Below are positions 1-11,800 of a DNA stretch of 64,000 nt, in pieces. Position 1 is the first letter of the stretch. Each line of letters starts with the position of its first letter. This DNA comes from Macrostomum lignano (Eukaryota). The translations under genes and the position numbers were made by a program. The notes under the pieces were generated by a model. The model had not been told where the DNA came from. It saw nothing but the letters and a program-made list of their open reading frames with translations, and did not search any database. The stretch lies in contig NIVC01000426.1 of the NCBI GenBank assembly GCA_002269645.1, positions 434,001 through 498,000 of the forward strand, given 5' to 3'.

Positions 1-1280
1 TAAAGCCCCTGGTGCTAAAGCCCCTGGTGCTAAAGCCCCTGGTGCTAAAGCCCCTGGTGCTAAAGCCCCTGGTGCTAAAGCCCCTGGTGCTAAAGCCCCT
101 GGTGCTAAAGCCCCTGGTGCTAAAGCCCCTGGTGCTAAAGCCCCTGGTGCTAAAGCCCCTGGTGCTAAAGCCCCTGGTGCTAAAGCCCCTGGTGCTAAAG
201 CCCCTGGTGCTAAAGCCCCTGGTGCTAAAGCCCCTGGTGCTAAAGCCCCTGGTGCTAAAGCCCCTGGTGCTAAAGCCCCTGGTGCTAAAGCCCCTGGTGC
301 TAAAGCCCCTGGTGCTGGCGCCCCTGGTGCTAAAGCCCCTGGTGCTAAAGCCCCTGGTGCTAAAGCCCCTGGTGCTAAAGCCCCTGGTGCTAAAGCCCCT
401 GGTGCTAAAGCCCCTGGTGCTAAAGCCCCTGGTGCTAAAGCCCCTGGTGCTAAAGCCCCTGGTGCTAAAGCCCCTGGTGCTAAAGCCCCTGGTGCTAAAG
501 CCCCTGGTGCTAAAGCCCCTGGTGCTAAAGCCCCTGGTGCTAAAGCCCCTGGTGCTAAAGCCCCTGGTGCTAAAGCCCCTGGTGCTAAAGCCCCTGGTGC
601 TGGCGCCCCTGGTGCTAAAGCCCCTGGTGCTGGCGCCCCTGGTGCTAAAGCCCCTGGTGCTAAAGCCCCTGGTGCTAAAGCCCCTGGTGCTAAAGCCCCT
701 GGTGCTGGCGCCCCTGGTGCTAAAGCCCCTGGTGCTAAAGCCCCTGGTGCTAAAGCCCCTGGTGCTAAAGCCCCTGGTGCTAAAGCCCCTGGTGCTAAAG
801 CCCCTGGTGCTAAAGCCCCTGGTGCTAAAGCCCCTGGTGCTAAAGCCCCTGGTGCTAAAGCCCCTGGTGCTAAAGCCCCTGGTGCTAAAGCCCCTGGTGC
901 TAAAGCCCCTGGTGCTAAAGCCCCTGGTGCTAAAGCCCCTGGTGCTAAAGCCCCTGGTGCTGGCGCCCCTGGTGCTAAAGCCCCTGGTGCTAAAGCCCCT
1001 GGTGCTAAAGCCCCTGGTGCTAAAGCCCCTGGTGCTAAAGCCCCTGGTGCTAAAGCCCCTGGTGCTAAAGCCCCTGGTGCTAAAGCCCCTGGTGCTAAAG
1101 CCCCTGGTGCTAAAGCCCCTGGTGCTAAAGCCCCTGGTGCTAAAGCCCCTGGTGCTAAAGCCCCTGGTGCTAAAGCCCCTGGTGCTAAAGCCCCTGGTGC
1201 TAAAGCCCCTGGTGCTAAAGCCCCTGGTGCTAAAGCCCCTGGTGCTAAAGCCCCTGGTGCTAAAGCCCCTGTTGCTAAAG
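1..1280. repeat. 15-bp minisatellite TAAAGCCCCTGGTGC, ~85 copies, runs off window start
   Basis: Near-perfect tandem; variant unit TGGCGCCCCTGGTGC at 316, 601, 631, 706, 961. Confidence 0.98.
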
Positions 1281-2609
1281 CTATTTGTGTGAAATTGTTT
1301 CGCTCAAAAAAATTTCGGGAATTTTATTCAAGTCCCTGCCAAATGGGGAGCTCAATGCATACTCCTAGTAACCGTGAGCGCAAGAGTTTTGGTGGTACAG
1401 AGAGAGAGAGGAACGGAGGGACCAGGGTCAGGCGTAAGATGAGGATTTAGTTAGTTAGAGTAGCCAGATGATGGAAGCCGTTTGGGGGTGTCCAGGTGTG
1501 TCAATCCGTCCTCCGTACATCTGTGGCAGCGCTACCTATATGGAATTGAATTTGGACAGAGGCTGAGGTGAACCCACTGGCTTGGCAGCAGCAGAAGTCG
1601 CGTGCTGTCAAGGGGAGAGCAGGGAAACGGATTGAGAGGGGAGAGCAAACTCTCCAGAACTTGCATAATTGATGCCGTGAGAGGAAGCTTGAATAATGGA
1701 CAAGTGGGGGAGGCTGAGGCAGGCAGGAATTGTTGGGAGGAGATGAAGCCGAGAGGCTGAGAGGAAGCTGCAATGATGCTGCTGGACAAATTTGAGGTGC
1801 AGGGGTGCAGGGGCGAGGGAAGGCAGTCTCCACACTGAGTCCCATTCAGCTACTCTGCCATTGTCCGCCAAGCCCCCACCACATAATACAACAAGGCCCT
1901 GTCAATCAAAAACCGCTGGAAATGATGACGATGCCCCTGGAGTTATAGCACGAGAGCAGCATCCGTGACCCGCGCAAAAATATAGACCCCAACCCTATCC
2001 CCTCATGCCACTCCTTCCCCTCCTCGTCTATGTGTTAATCAGCATTAAAGACTACCCATAACCAAATCATCAGCCAATAGGCACACAGCTTGGCTCTGAT
2101 TGGCTGTCAGCTGGGGGTTGGGACCTTCGCCTCACCCTGTCCCCCTGGTTGTGTTCCATCATTGCAAGGGTTGAGCAGTGCACGGAAGGTTGGGCCGGAC
2201 AGCTTATTGGGGATGAGATATTAGACCATTCGACACCTCATCTCTTCTTACTTCTCTCCCCTCCCCTCATACAATTCTTTCCGCCTATAAACTGCAGTCC
2301 CGGCCCCGCCCTATTAATTTATTACTGTCAATCGCCGCCGTCTCCTTCCGTTCCCAGGTGACAGCTTTAAGGTCGTAAGAATTTTAAAACTAAAAAACTG
2401 TACCATAAAAGCTTTACGAAAGCAGAAATTGAAAAGAAATACAATTTCTGGCGCGTTGAACACAGCGACCTCTGAGCTGCCAAAATGCATGGGTGAGCAA
2501 TCATTGATCAATCAAACTTTTATTATTAACTTTTTCGGGGATCGGGCATGTTTGCACCATCTAGAGACTCGGTTGCACACACCTTCGTACCTGCTTAGGG
2601 ATCCTGGCA

Positions 2610-3345
2610 CCTTCTCTAGAGATCCTGCCCAATTTTTTAGATATCTCATGGCTCCTCATCTAGAGATCTCACGGCTCTTCATCTAGAGAGCTCATGTCTC
2701 CTCATCTAGAGATCTCACGGCTCTTCATCTAGAGAGCTCATGTCTCCTCATCTAGAGATCTCACGGCTCTTCATCTAGAGAGCTCATGTCTCCTCATCTA
2801 GAGATTTCGTGTCTCCTCATCAAAGATCTCATTTCTCCTCATCTCGAGATCCCATGTCTCCTCATGTCTCACGGCTTTTCATCTAGAGATCTCACGGCTT
2901 TTCATCTAGAGATCTCGTCTCTTCATCTAGAGATCTTATGCCTCCTCATCTAGAGATCTCATGGCTTCTCATCTAAGATCTCATGTCTCCTCGTCTAGAG
3001 ATCTCATGGCTCCTCGTCTAGAGATCTCATGGCTCCTTATCTAGCGATCTCATGGCTTCTCATCTAAAGATCTCACGGCTTTTCATCTAGAGATCTCTCG
3101 TCTCCTCATCTAGAGATCTCATATCTCATCATCTAGGGATCTCATATCTCCTCATCTAGGGATCTCATATCTCCTCATCTAGGGATCTCATATCTCCTCA
3201 TCTAGAGATTTTATGGCTCCTCATCTAGAGATCTCATGGCTTCTCATCTAGAGATCTAACGGCTCTTCATCTAGAGATCTCACGGCTCTTCATCTGGAGA
3301 TTCTGATTCGGGAGTTTCAGATTCTAAGCTTCTCGTCTAGAGACC
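2610..3345. repeat. ~23-bp degenerate minisatellite CATCTAGAGATCTCATGTCTCCT
   Basis: CATCTAGA recurs at 23-bp spacing (2657, 2680, 2703); palindromic GAGATCTC core. Confidence 0.93.
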
Positions 3346-3744
3346 CTATCGCCTCATGCAGAGACTAAGAGGTATGTGAGACTTAACTAAATAAAAAGTA
3401 TGTCAGAGTGTATGTTAACCCCACTGCCATTTCCGCCAGTGCAGAATACATAACGCACACCTAAGCCTCGTGAAACTGCAGCGGTCGCTCCTTCCTGCAT
3501 GACTGACAGACTGTATGTATACCGTTAAAGGAAAAAAATCCCCTTGCAGGGCTGCGTAGCCTAATCTAACCGAGCAATCGTTATTTCCCAAAAAAGCTTG
3601 CTGGGATAGGAGCAGCGTTATCCTATGCAGCATCAGCCCTTACCTGTGCTGTGGGGATTGTAGCTGATGCTTTCGCTGTAGGGCCTCAATTTGTGAATGC
3701 GCGAGCTAAACGCTTCTTAATGAACTGATCATCAGACTTAGTCT

Positions 3745-4915
3745 TTTCTTCCTAGTGTTAGATTGCCAGTCTTCCCTAGTGTCAGATGGCCGGTCTTCCC
3801 TAGTGTCAGATGGCCGGTCTTCCCTAGTGTCAGATGGCCGGTCTTCCCTAGTGTCAGATGGCCGGTCTTCCCTAGTGTCAGGCGGCCAGTCTTCCCTAGT
3901 GTCAGGCGGCCAGTCTTCCCTAGTGTCAGGCGGCCAGTCTTCCCTAGTGTCAGATGGCCGGTCTTCCCTAGTGTTAGATTGCCAGTCTTCCCTAGTGTTA
4001 GATTGCCAGTCTTCCCTAGTGTCAGGCGGCCAGTCTTCCCTAGTGTCAGATGGCCGGTCTTCCCTAGTGTCAGGCGGCCAGTCTTCCCTAGTGTCAGGCG
4101 GCCAGTCTTCCCTAGTGTCAGGCGGCCAGTCTTCCCTAGTGTCAGATGGCCGGTCTTCCCTAGTGTCAGCTTGCTGGTCTTCCCTAGTGTCAGATGGCCG
4201 GTCTTCCCTAGTGTCAGATGGCCAGTCTCCCCTAGTGTCAGATTGCTGGTCTCCCCTAGTGTCAGATGGCCGGTCTCCCCTAGTGTCAGATGGCCGGTCT
4301 CCCCTAGTGTCAGATTGCTGGTCTCCCCTAGTGTCAGATGGTCCGTCTCCCCTAGTGTCAGATTGCTGGTCTCCCCTAGTGTCAGATGGCCGGTCTCCCC
4401 AAGTGTCAGATTGCTGGTCTCTCCTAGTGTCAGATTGCTGGTCTCCCCTAGTGTCAGATGGCCGGTCTCCCCTAGTGTCAGATTGCTGGTCTCCCCTAGT
4501 GTCAGATGGCCGGTCTCCCCTAGTGTCAGATTGCTGGTCTCCCCTAGTGTCAGATTGCTGGTCTCCCCTAGTGTCAGATTGCTGGTCTCCCCTAGTGTCA
4601 GATGGCCGGTCTTCCCTAGTGTCAGATGGCCGGTCTTCCCTAGTGTCAGATGGCCGGTCTTCCCTAGTGTCAGATGGCCGGTCTTCCCTAGTGTCAGATG
4701 GCCGGTCTTCCCTAGTGTCAGATTGCCAGTCTTCCCTAGTGTCAGATGGCCGGTCTCTCCTAGTGTCAGCTTGCTAGTCTTCCCTAGTGTCAGGCGGCCA
4801 GTCTTCTCTAGTGTCAGATTGCCAGTCTCCCCTAGTGTCAGATGGCCGGTCTCCCCTAGTGTCAGCTTGCTAGTCTTCCCTAGTGTCAGGCGGCCAGTCT
4901 ACCCTAGTGTCGTCT
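3745..4915. repeat. 24-bp minisatellite CCTAGTGTCAGATGGCCGGTCTTC, ~48 copies
   Basis: Direct tandem; source of ORFs 3755-4777 and 3763-5046. Confidence 0.97.
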
Positions 4916-7900
4916 GGCTGGATCCAACCAGTCAGACGCCCACACTGATGGGGGTCAAATTGTTACTAAAAAATCTCAACTTCCCGTGTCAGGTTGCACC
5001 AGCTCGCACAGTGCAGCAGCAGTACCGATTACCTATGCAAGGGTAGCAACAAGCTTCTGACTAGCACCTTCCCTCGCCTTTCTCTTCGCTGCAATAAATA
5101 ACAAATTACTGATTTGCTGAGGTGAAGGTTGTTCGCGCATGGAATGACTGAGAATTTGACTGACAGCCAAAGGCACCCCCCAAGCAGCCCCATCGACTCC
5201 GCCCCCAAACTGCATGTCAGTCAAGCGCACTAAGAATATCAATTAGAAGGTCTATACAGTATTAGACTGATGTCGATTGATAGACACTGGAATTGCCTAG
5301 ACAAGTTCAGGCAGACACTAGAGGCTTTACCCATTGTACGTATTTTTGCACAGATTATTTAGCATTAACAAATCTTGCTAGTAATGACCCTGCAACATAT
5401 GAACATGAAGCAGGCTGATGCTGGCAATCCTAAGTTCAAAAACAATTCAGTGAAATTGCTTTAAAACATAGTGAAATTAGTTATATGTCTGTAAATTAAC
5501 CAGATTTTTGCTTTCTTGATTGAATTTCTTACAATAATAAATCTCTGGCAAACCGACCGCCACCCTGACAACTGCAGTGCCTGCTCCTGCCAATCAAGTC
5601 CCCTTCCTGAGCAGCTGTCCCAACTATATGAGACTTTTCAGACTTGAAGCCACTCCACTACTCTGCTACTGTTCAATGCAGTGCAGACAGGCAGGAAGTG
5701 GAGTGAGCTGTTTTTTTCACAGAAAACTGCCAACTTTCTGCTCCCTGCAGCTCCGCCCTCTCTTTGAGTCTCTCTCTCCCCTCTGTCTGCTGTTGTCATT
5801 CTCTCGCAGAAGAAGCGCGCCTTCAAATCAAGCAAAGAGCCCAGGGAGCGGATTAAGCCAGCCAGTGGGTCCCCTTCTCCACCCCCTCCCTACCGCAAGT
5901 CATAGAGAGCGGATTCTCTGTGTGAGTCACGGCTTGCATGCTGATTAACGTTAATTGTGTGCTCAAATCCACTTGTCCGCCGCGCTGCAGGCTTTGGGAC
6001 TCAGCGAGTTTTTGCGGCGCTGTAAGCAGATTTTCTGAAGTGGGTCTCGGGTAGCCATCTCGGTTCAATGCGACTGTCGCTGCTTCTTTTGCAGCTCCAC
6101 CACCACTCTCTATCCAATCCAGGCTTATAGCTGCTGTCCGCTGATTCACCCACACACACCAGCTCACCTCTCCGTGATGGCACCGGGGTGGGTGGGAGGG
6201 GAGGGCAGAGACAGGACAGACAAAGGACCCGTTTTCACTTTTTCCTCTAGCAGTGTAGCATTTGCGGTTGAGTCGCCTCTGCATTATGGTGCACGTGAAA
6301 AAGTCGCAATACGGTTTTCAGTCTGTCTGGCGTGTTTTAAAAAAAATATCCCTGTGACTAAATAGAGCGGGGGGACTCAGTGTTTACTCAGCGCGAGGGA
6401 AAATATAAGGAAATTGCCCTTGCAGAGAAAACGCCTCTATAATGGACCGGCCCGGTTACAGTTTCCAGTTTCCAACGACAAATTTACAGGCTTCAAGAAG
6501 CCTTTAAAACTCTCCTATTTAGGAACAGTTGGAATGCCGAAGGAGTTGCCGACACATGACGTTGGAGACAAGCCGTAATCCCTGCGCAATCTCCGGGTAT
6601 TTTCCTAAGTCCTCGGAACCGGGGGAAAGTGACGCCCGCAGCTGACTGTCGCGCGCAGGTCCCGCCGTGGAGCGGCTTGGCCCCCGAGTTTTTGCTTTTC
6701 TAAGCCGACTATTCAGGCGGGCAGGCCGGGGGGTTCCTTTTTAAAAGAGAAAGAAAAGGAAAAAGAGAAATCAGGAGGATTTCAAGCTCTGACGAGGCAG
6801 GACTGGGATTACCGCCTGTTTTGGGAGTGACCCCTTACAAGTGACACCGGTGCGTTTGTTAATCAGCTGTTACATCTGTCTGATTCTGTCTGGTCTGACT
6901 CATCGAGTCGGCTTAAGCTGCAGAGACATGTATATTGGGGTATAAGGTATTTGAATACTCCAAGATGCCAATCGGTAGCCCCCTTATCCATCCGGGAAGT
7001 TGGAATTCTGGCTGATAGTTAAAAGAGTGACACACGGACTTCCCTTGGGCTGCTTAGTCCCCATAATCCCTTTAATACTCGCTAAGAAATGGAGGGAGAT
7101 TTGTGCAGATCCTATCCTTACAGCTATTAACTGTCACGGGCCTGCAACTGGCAATATTAAACTTTCATTTCGGTATTAGGGGGTTCAGACAGTCAGTCAC
7201 TGAGCTGTAACACGGTTCTCGAACGGAGAGACGAGGTTGCTGGGCTGGCTGAGGGGCTGATTTTAGGAGGAGAGCAGTCCCACCCCCCCGCGGGGTAGAT
7301 CTCGCCTTTCGCCGTCTGTCCTGTTTTGAGAAACCCGACAAGCCCGGTTGAGCAAAGGGGTTGCGCATGTCCTGACAAGACAGGACAAGACAAGCAAGCC
7401 CGTGTTCAAGTGAGGGATTCGGGTAGTATCAAATTTTACTTTTCCAGTTAATTAGAGGCTGTCTTTAACAGCCAAGGAGCCCGAGCCGTGGCTGGGAGAG
7501 ACAGAGACCCGTTCTTAGATTGAGAGAGCACGGACTCAAGAATCCGCTTTCGCGAGCTAGTTAGCGAACGGGTGAGCGACAGATGAAAGAGAACAGAACC
7601 AAGACAAGGGGGGATCAGACTCTCACTCAACGGGCCGAATTGCAGTGTTTGCAAGCCATTAGCTCGGCAGGCCCATGGAGTTGAATCAATAATCCTTCCA
7701 GTGTGTCAAAAATTCTGCGATCCCACGGTACACAGCTGAGTATTGCGTGGGATCGATCGGCAGTTTTGCAACCATTTTTTTCTCCTCCTTGAAGGCACCT
7801 GAATGCCTTCTCTGGCGCACACAGTGGTGAGGGAGGGCGCCACCCAGAATTTTTTTATATCGTATTGTTTCACTCGGTGAAGACGTTGGTTGAGCCGACA

Positions 7901-8454
7901 ATTGGAAATCTTAACAGAGAGCAACCCGGAACCATGAATATTGCAGCAGCTCCTTTGTCTTTGGGACAAGGAACAGGAACAGGGAAGGGGGGCACACCTG
8001 GCGCGAAGGCTCAGCTAAAGGAATCAAAGGAATAGAAATGGAGTGTCGGCGCGGCATGTTTGTTTCTGAGCTACAAGCTATTTCCCCAAAAGAGTAAGAT
8101 GCAGCTGCCTTTGATGAGTATACTCTTTGTATTGGCGCTTCTACATTCCGTTAGCTGATACACTTGCGGCTGGCTGCGAAAAAAATTGGATGCAATGAAA
8201 AGAGATTGGAATTCAATCATAATACAATACAAAACTGTGTTTCTTTTTGTGGCATACGGGTGCCAAGGCACGCGTCTTTGCTTATTTTGGCACCCTGGCA
8301 TTAGATGTTAGATTCCAGTACCTAGGCACAAGTCATTGACTACCGACAACATTAAAAATATTCAATGCTTTATGCCAACTGGCATTTAAATTGATTTTCA
8401 GCTTGGCACACAAACTTTGGAAATGGCGGGATGCCATTTTTAAATCGCGTATCC

Positions 8455-8818
8455 AGCTACCTTTCACTCGATCTATGGTAGCTTATCTCGTGTCTACCTC
8501 TCACTCTATGGTAGCTTATCTCGTGTCTACCTCTCACTCTATGGTAGCTTATCTCGTGTCTACCTCTCACTCTATGGTAGCTTATCTCGTGTCTACCTCT
8601 CACTCTATGGTAGCTTATCTCGTGTCTACCTCTCTCACCATGTGGTATCTTGTCTTGTGTCTACCTCTCACTCTATGGTATCTTGTCTCGTATCTATCTC
8701 TCTCACTATGTGGTATCTTGTCTTGTGTCTACCTCTCACTCTATGGTATCTTGTCTCGTATCTACCTCTCTCACCATGTGGTATCTTGTCTTGTGTCTAC
8801 CTCTCACTCTATGGTATC
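8455..8818. repeat. 33-bp minisatellite TCTCACTCTATGGTAGCTTATCTCGTGTCTACC upstream of frizzled exon 1
   Basis: Tandem copies giving the 11-aa HSMVAYLVSTS pseudo-repeat. Confidence 0.93.
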
Positions 8819-8873
8819 CACACCCAACCCGTTCCCCTCCTCAATACTCAGATCCCAAGTCCGTCGAGATCCC

Positions 8874-11800
8874 ATGAGCCGACAGCTGCTGCTGCTGGGC
8901 CTGCTGTTGGCACTGGTGTCCGCCTGCGGCTCCATCGAACGGTCTTCGCCGCCAACTCGGCCACTTGGCCTCGGCTATTCGGACTACCCGGACGGCCGGA
9001 CGGGCCACTTCGGCTCCAGTCACATCCCCATAGCTGGCAGCCTGCCAAGCGATATGGGTTCGGGCAAGCGTTGCCAGCCGATCACTATACCGGTTTGCCA
9101 GGGCATCGGGTATAACTACACTTTCATGCCGAATCACTACAATCACGAGACCCAGGCGGAAGCTGGAATATCCGTAAGCAATGATGCATGTACTGCCTTT
9201 TGAATGCTCTGTGTAGCTCTTTGTAACTGCCATTTGAAGAGTTTGTAGCTCTTTGAAATTGTTCCTCTATGCATTGAATTCCTACCTCTCACTCTATGTT
9301 AGCTTGTCTCGTGTCCACTTCTCACTCTATGGTAACCTGTCTTGTGTCTACCTCTCACTCTATGGTAGCTTGTCTTGTGTCTACCTTTCACTCTATGATA
9401 GCTTGTCTTGTGTCTACCTCTCTATGGTAACCTGTCTTGTGTCTACCTCTCACTCTATGGTAACCTGTCTCGCGTCTACTTTTTACGCTATATACTATTC
9501 TGTCTCGTGTCTACCTTTCCTCGTGTCTCAGTAGTTTGCCTTCAATTTGACTTCGCAATTACCCGCTGTAGTAATTGCTAGATCGAAATCTACAACATTA
9601 TCCCTTTATATACATCGGGGATTTTTACTCCAAATGCAATTTTAATCTCCTTGTTCAAGCTTTCGGAATCATTTGACTTCAATGCAACACAGAATTGACG
9701 GAATGGCCTGTGACTGCCGGCTAAATTGCTATTACGGCATTTTGCATAAGGTAGAGATTATCTAATCCTGCATTCCATTACAAGACTGCATTATCCGAGA
9801 TTTGCATCAGCAAAAGAATAGAACTGGGCTACGAGCTGATGTTGTTTTTAGGCAACAGAAATCCCAGTCAGCTGCAGTGATTGACACATCATCCAGACCG
9901 ATCAAGCATCATCACAGCCCGGCAGCTTGTGCGATCTGACAATTAAAGAAAGAAAAGTTTTATGTTTCACCAGACACTCTGGCCTACTAGCTGTTAATGC
10001 CGCCTTTCTTTCAGAAGATTTTACACTTTCTTGGTGTCCGATTATAAGCAAAATAATCAGGCAGCCCCAAGATTCCTGAGCTTTTGCAGCCAGTGCCAAA
10101 TATAATAATTATTGTTAAGCCTTTTATCGACGGCTTGGTGACTCATCATCAACCGGGGGCCCCAGTTCCCGGTCCTAATTCCTATTAATTTTCTTTCCTC
10201 TTCTCTGCATGTGCATCTCCGCGGCTCCATGGGCGGGAGGCACCTTCGCCGCCGACGTCTGCTCAGCGGGGGGTCCCGCCCCCCCCCCCCACTGCCCCAC
10301 CGGAGTCCTGGGCAACATCTGGGGGAGGGCGGCCTTTCAAGGACCCCCCACCGTCTCAAGTGCCCTCCGTTTCGCTATAGCTTTGCTGTCTGTATATACA
10401 TATGCATAATATTCGTTCGCTCTTTATTAAAAGCAACGTCTGTTCCGTCTCCCAAATTCTGTCGCCAGTTCTCCGTTAGACAGAATTTTCGGGGAATGAA
10501 TGAATGAATAAAAGCAAAGCCCTTCTATGCCGGTTGAAGAGCCCCCCGAAATCACCCTCTGGCAATGCCAACCCCCACCACCCCCCGCTGGCAAGCCCAC
10601 ATGCGCTTAGGGTTACATCATCATTCCTCTGGCATTATCGAGCTGGCGGAGTACTCCAACTCGCCCCTCTAACTCGAAAGTCTCGCTTCGCACCCCTCAG
10701 TCTCTGCTCTGTTTATTATTCTTCTCTATATTCTTAGTGGACAAAGACCCACTGCGTAATAATTGAGTCACGTGATCGACACAGTCGGTCTCTATCTTTT
10801 AGTTGCTTATATAACCCATTAGTAGGACAATTATCTTTTGCATAAAGCTATTGTATTATTGTATTCTATTGTTCAGACTTAACCCGCACATCCGCAAACT
10901 TAAAAGGTTTGATAGCTATCAGAACTTGCTCATCTCACATTCCTTTTATCGCTCCGTTTAGCGATTTAGAGGTACTACTAGAGGGCGATTCAGACACTGA
11001 ATTCGGGGCGATTTAGGCACTGAATTAGGGGCGATTTAGACACTGAATTAGGGGTGATTTAGTCATTGAATTAGGGGCGATTTAGACACTGAATTAGGGG
11101 TGATTCAGGCACTGAATTAGGGGCGATTTAGACGCTGAATTAGGGGGGGTTTAGTCATTGAATTAGGGGCGATTTAGACACTGAATTAGGGGTGATTCAG
11201 GCACTGAATTAGGGGCGATTTAGACGCTGAATTAGGGGGGGTTTAGTCATTGAATTAGGGGCGATTTAGACACTGAATTAGGGGTGTTTCAGGCACTGAA
11301 TTAGGGGTGTTTCAGGCACTGAATTAGAGGAGATTTAGGCACTGAATTCGGAGTGATTTAGACACTAAATTAAAGGAGATTTAGACACTAAATTAGGGGC
11401 GATTTAGGCACTGAATTAGGGGCGATTCAGGCTCTGAATTTGAGGCGATTTAGGCGACTTTGACCTTTTTAGCTTTCGGATTTTTTGTGTAATTTTTTAT
11501 CTCAAAAAAGCAGCAGTTTGCGGAAGCAGAAGCAGCAGATTTCTCTAACCAACAGTCAGCAGCAGAAGTGGCAAAGCTGCGAGGAAGCCAGAGGAAACGA
11601 CAGCCGCAGGGGAGCTCAAGCAGGGGATTTGGGAACTGATTTATTTTCACTACTATATACACGCGCTGCTCGCCACGGCCGGGCCCTAATGCCAATCCGA
11701 TGATTCGCTCCCATCCCCCACATGCCATGCAGCACAAGCTCTGGCCAGGCCCTGAGCAGTATATACAGTATGTATATATAAGATTCGTGTTGGGCGAAGT

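Noticed and set aside
12-1292. 426-aa (LKPLV)n ORF and open minus-strand frames (APGAL)n/(TRGFS)n
   Set aside because: Products of a 15-bp array with no unique coding flank or splice sites in view. A coding role for the minus frames cannot be fully excluded because they leave the window.
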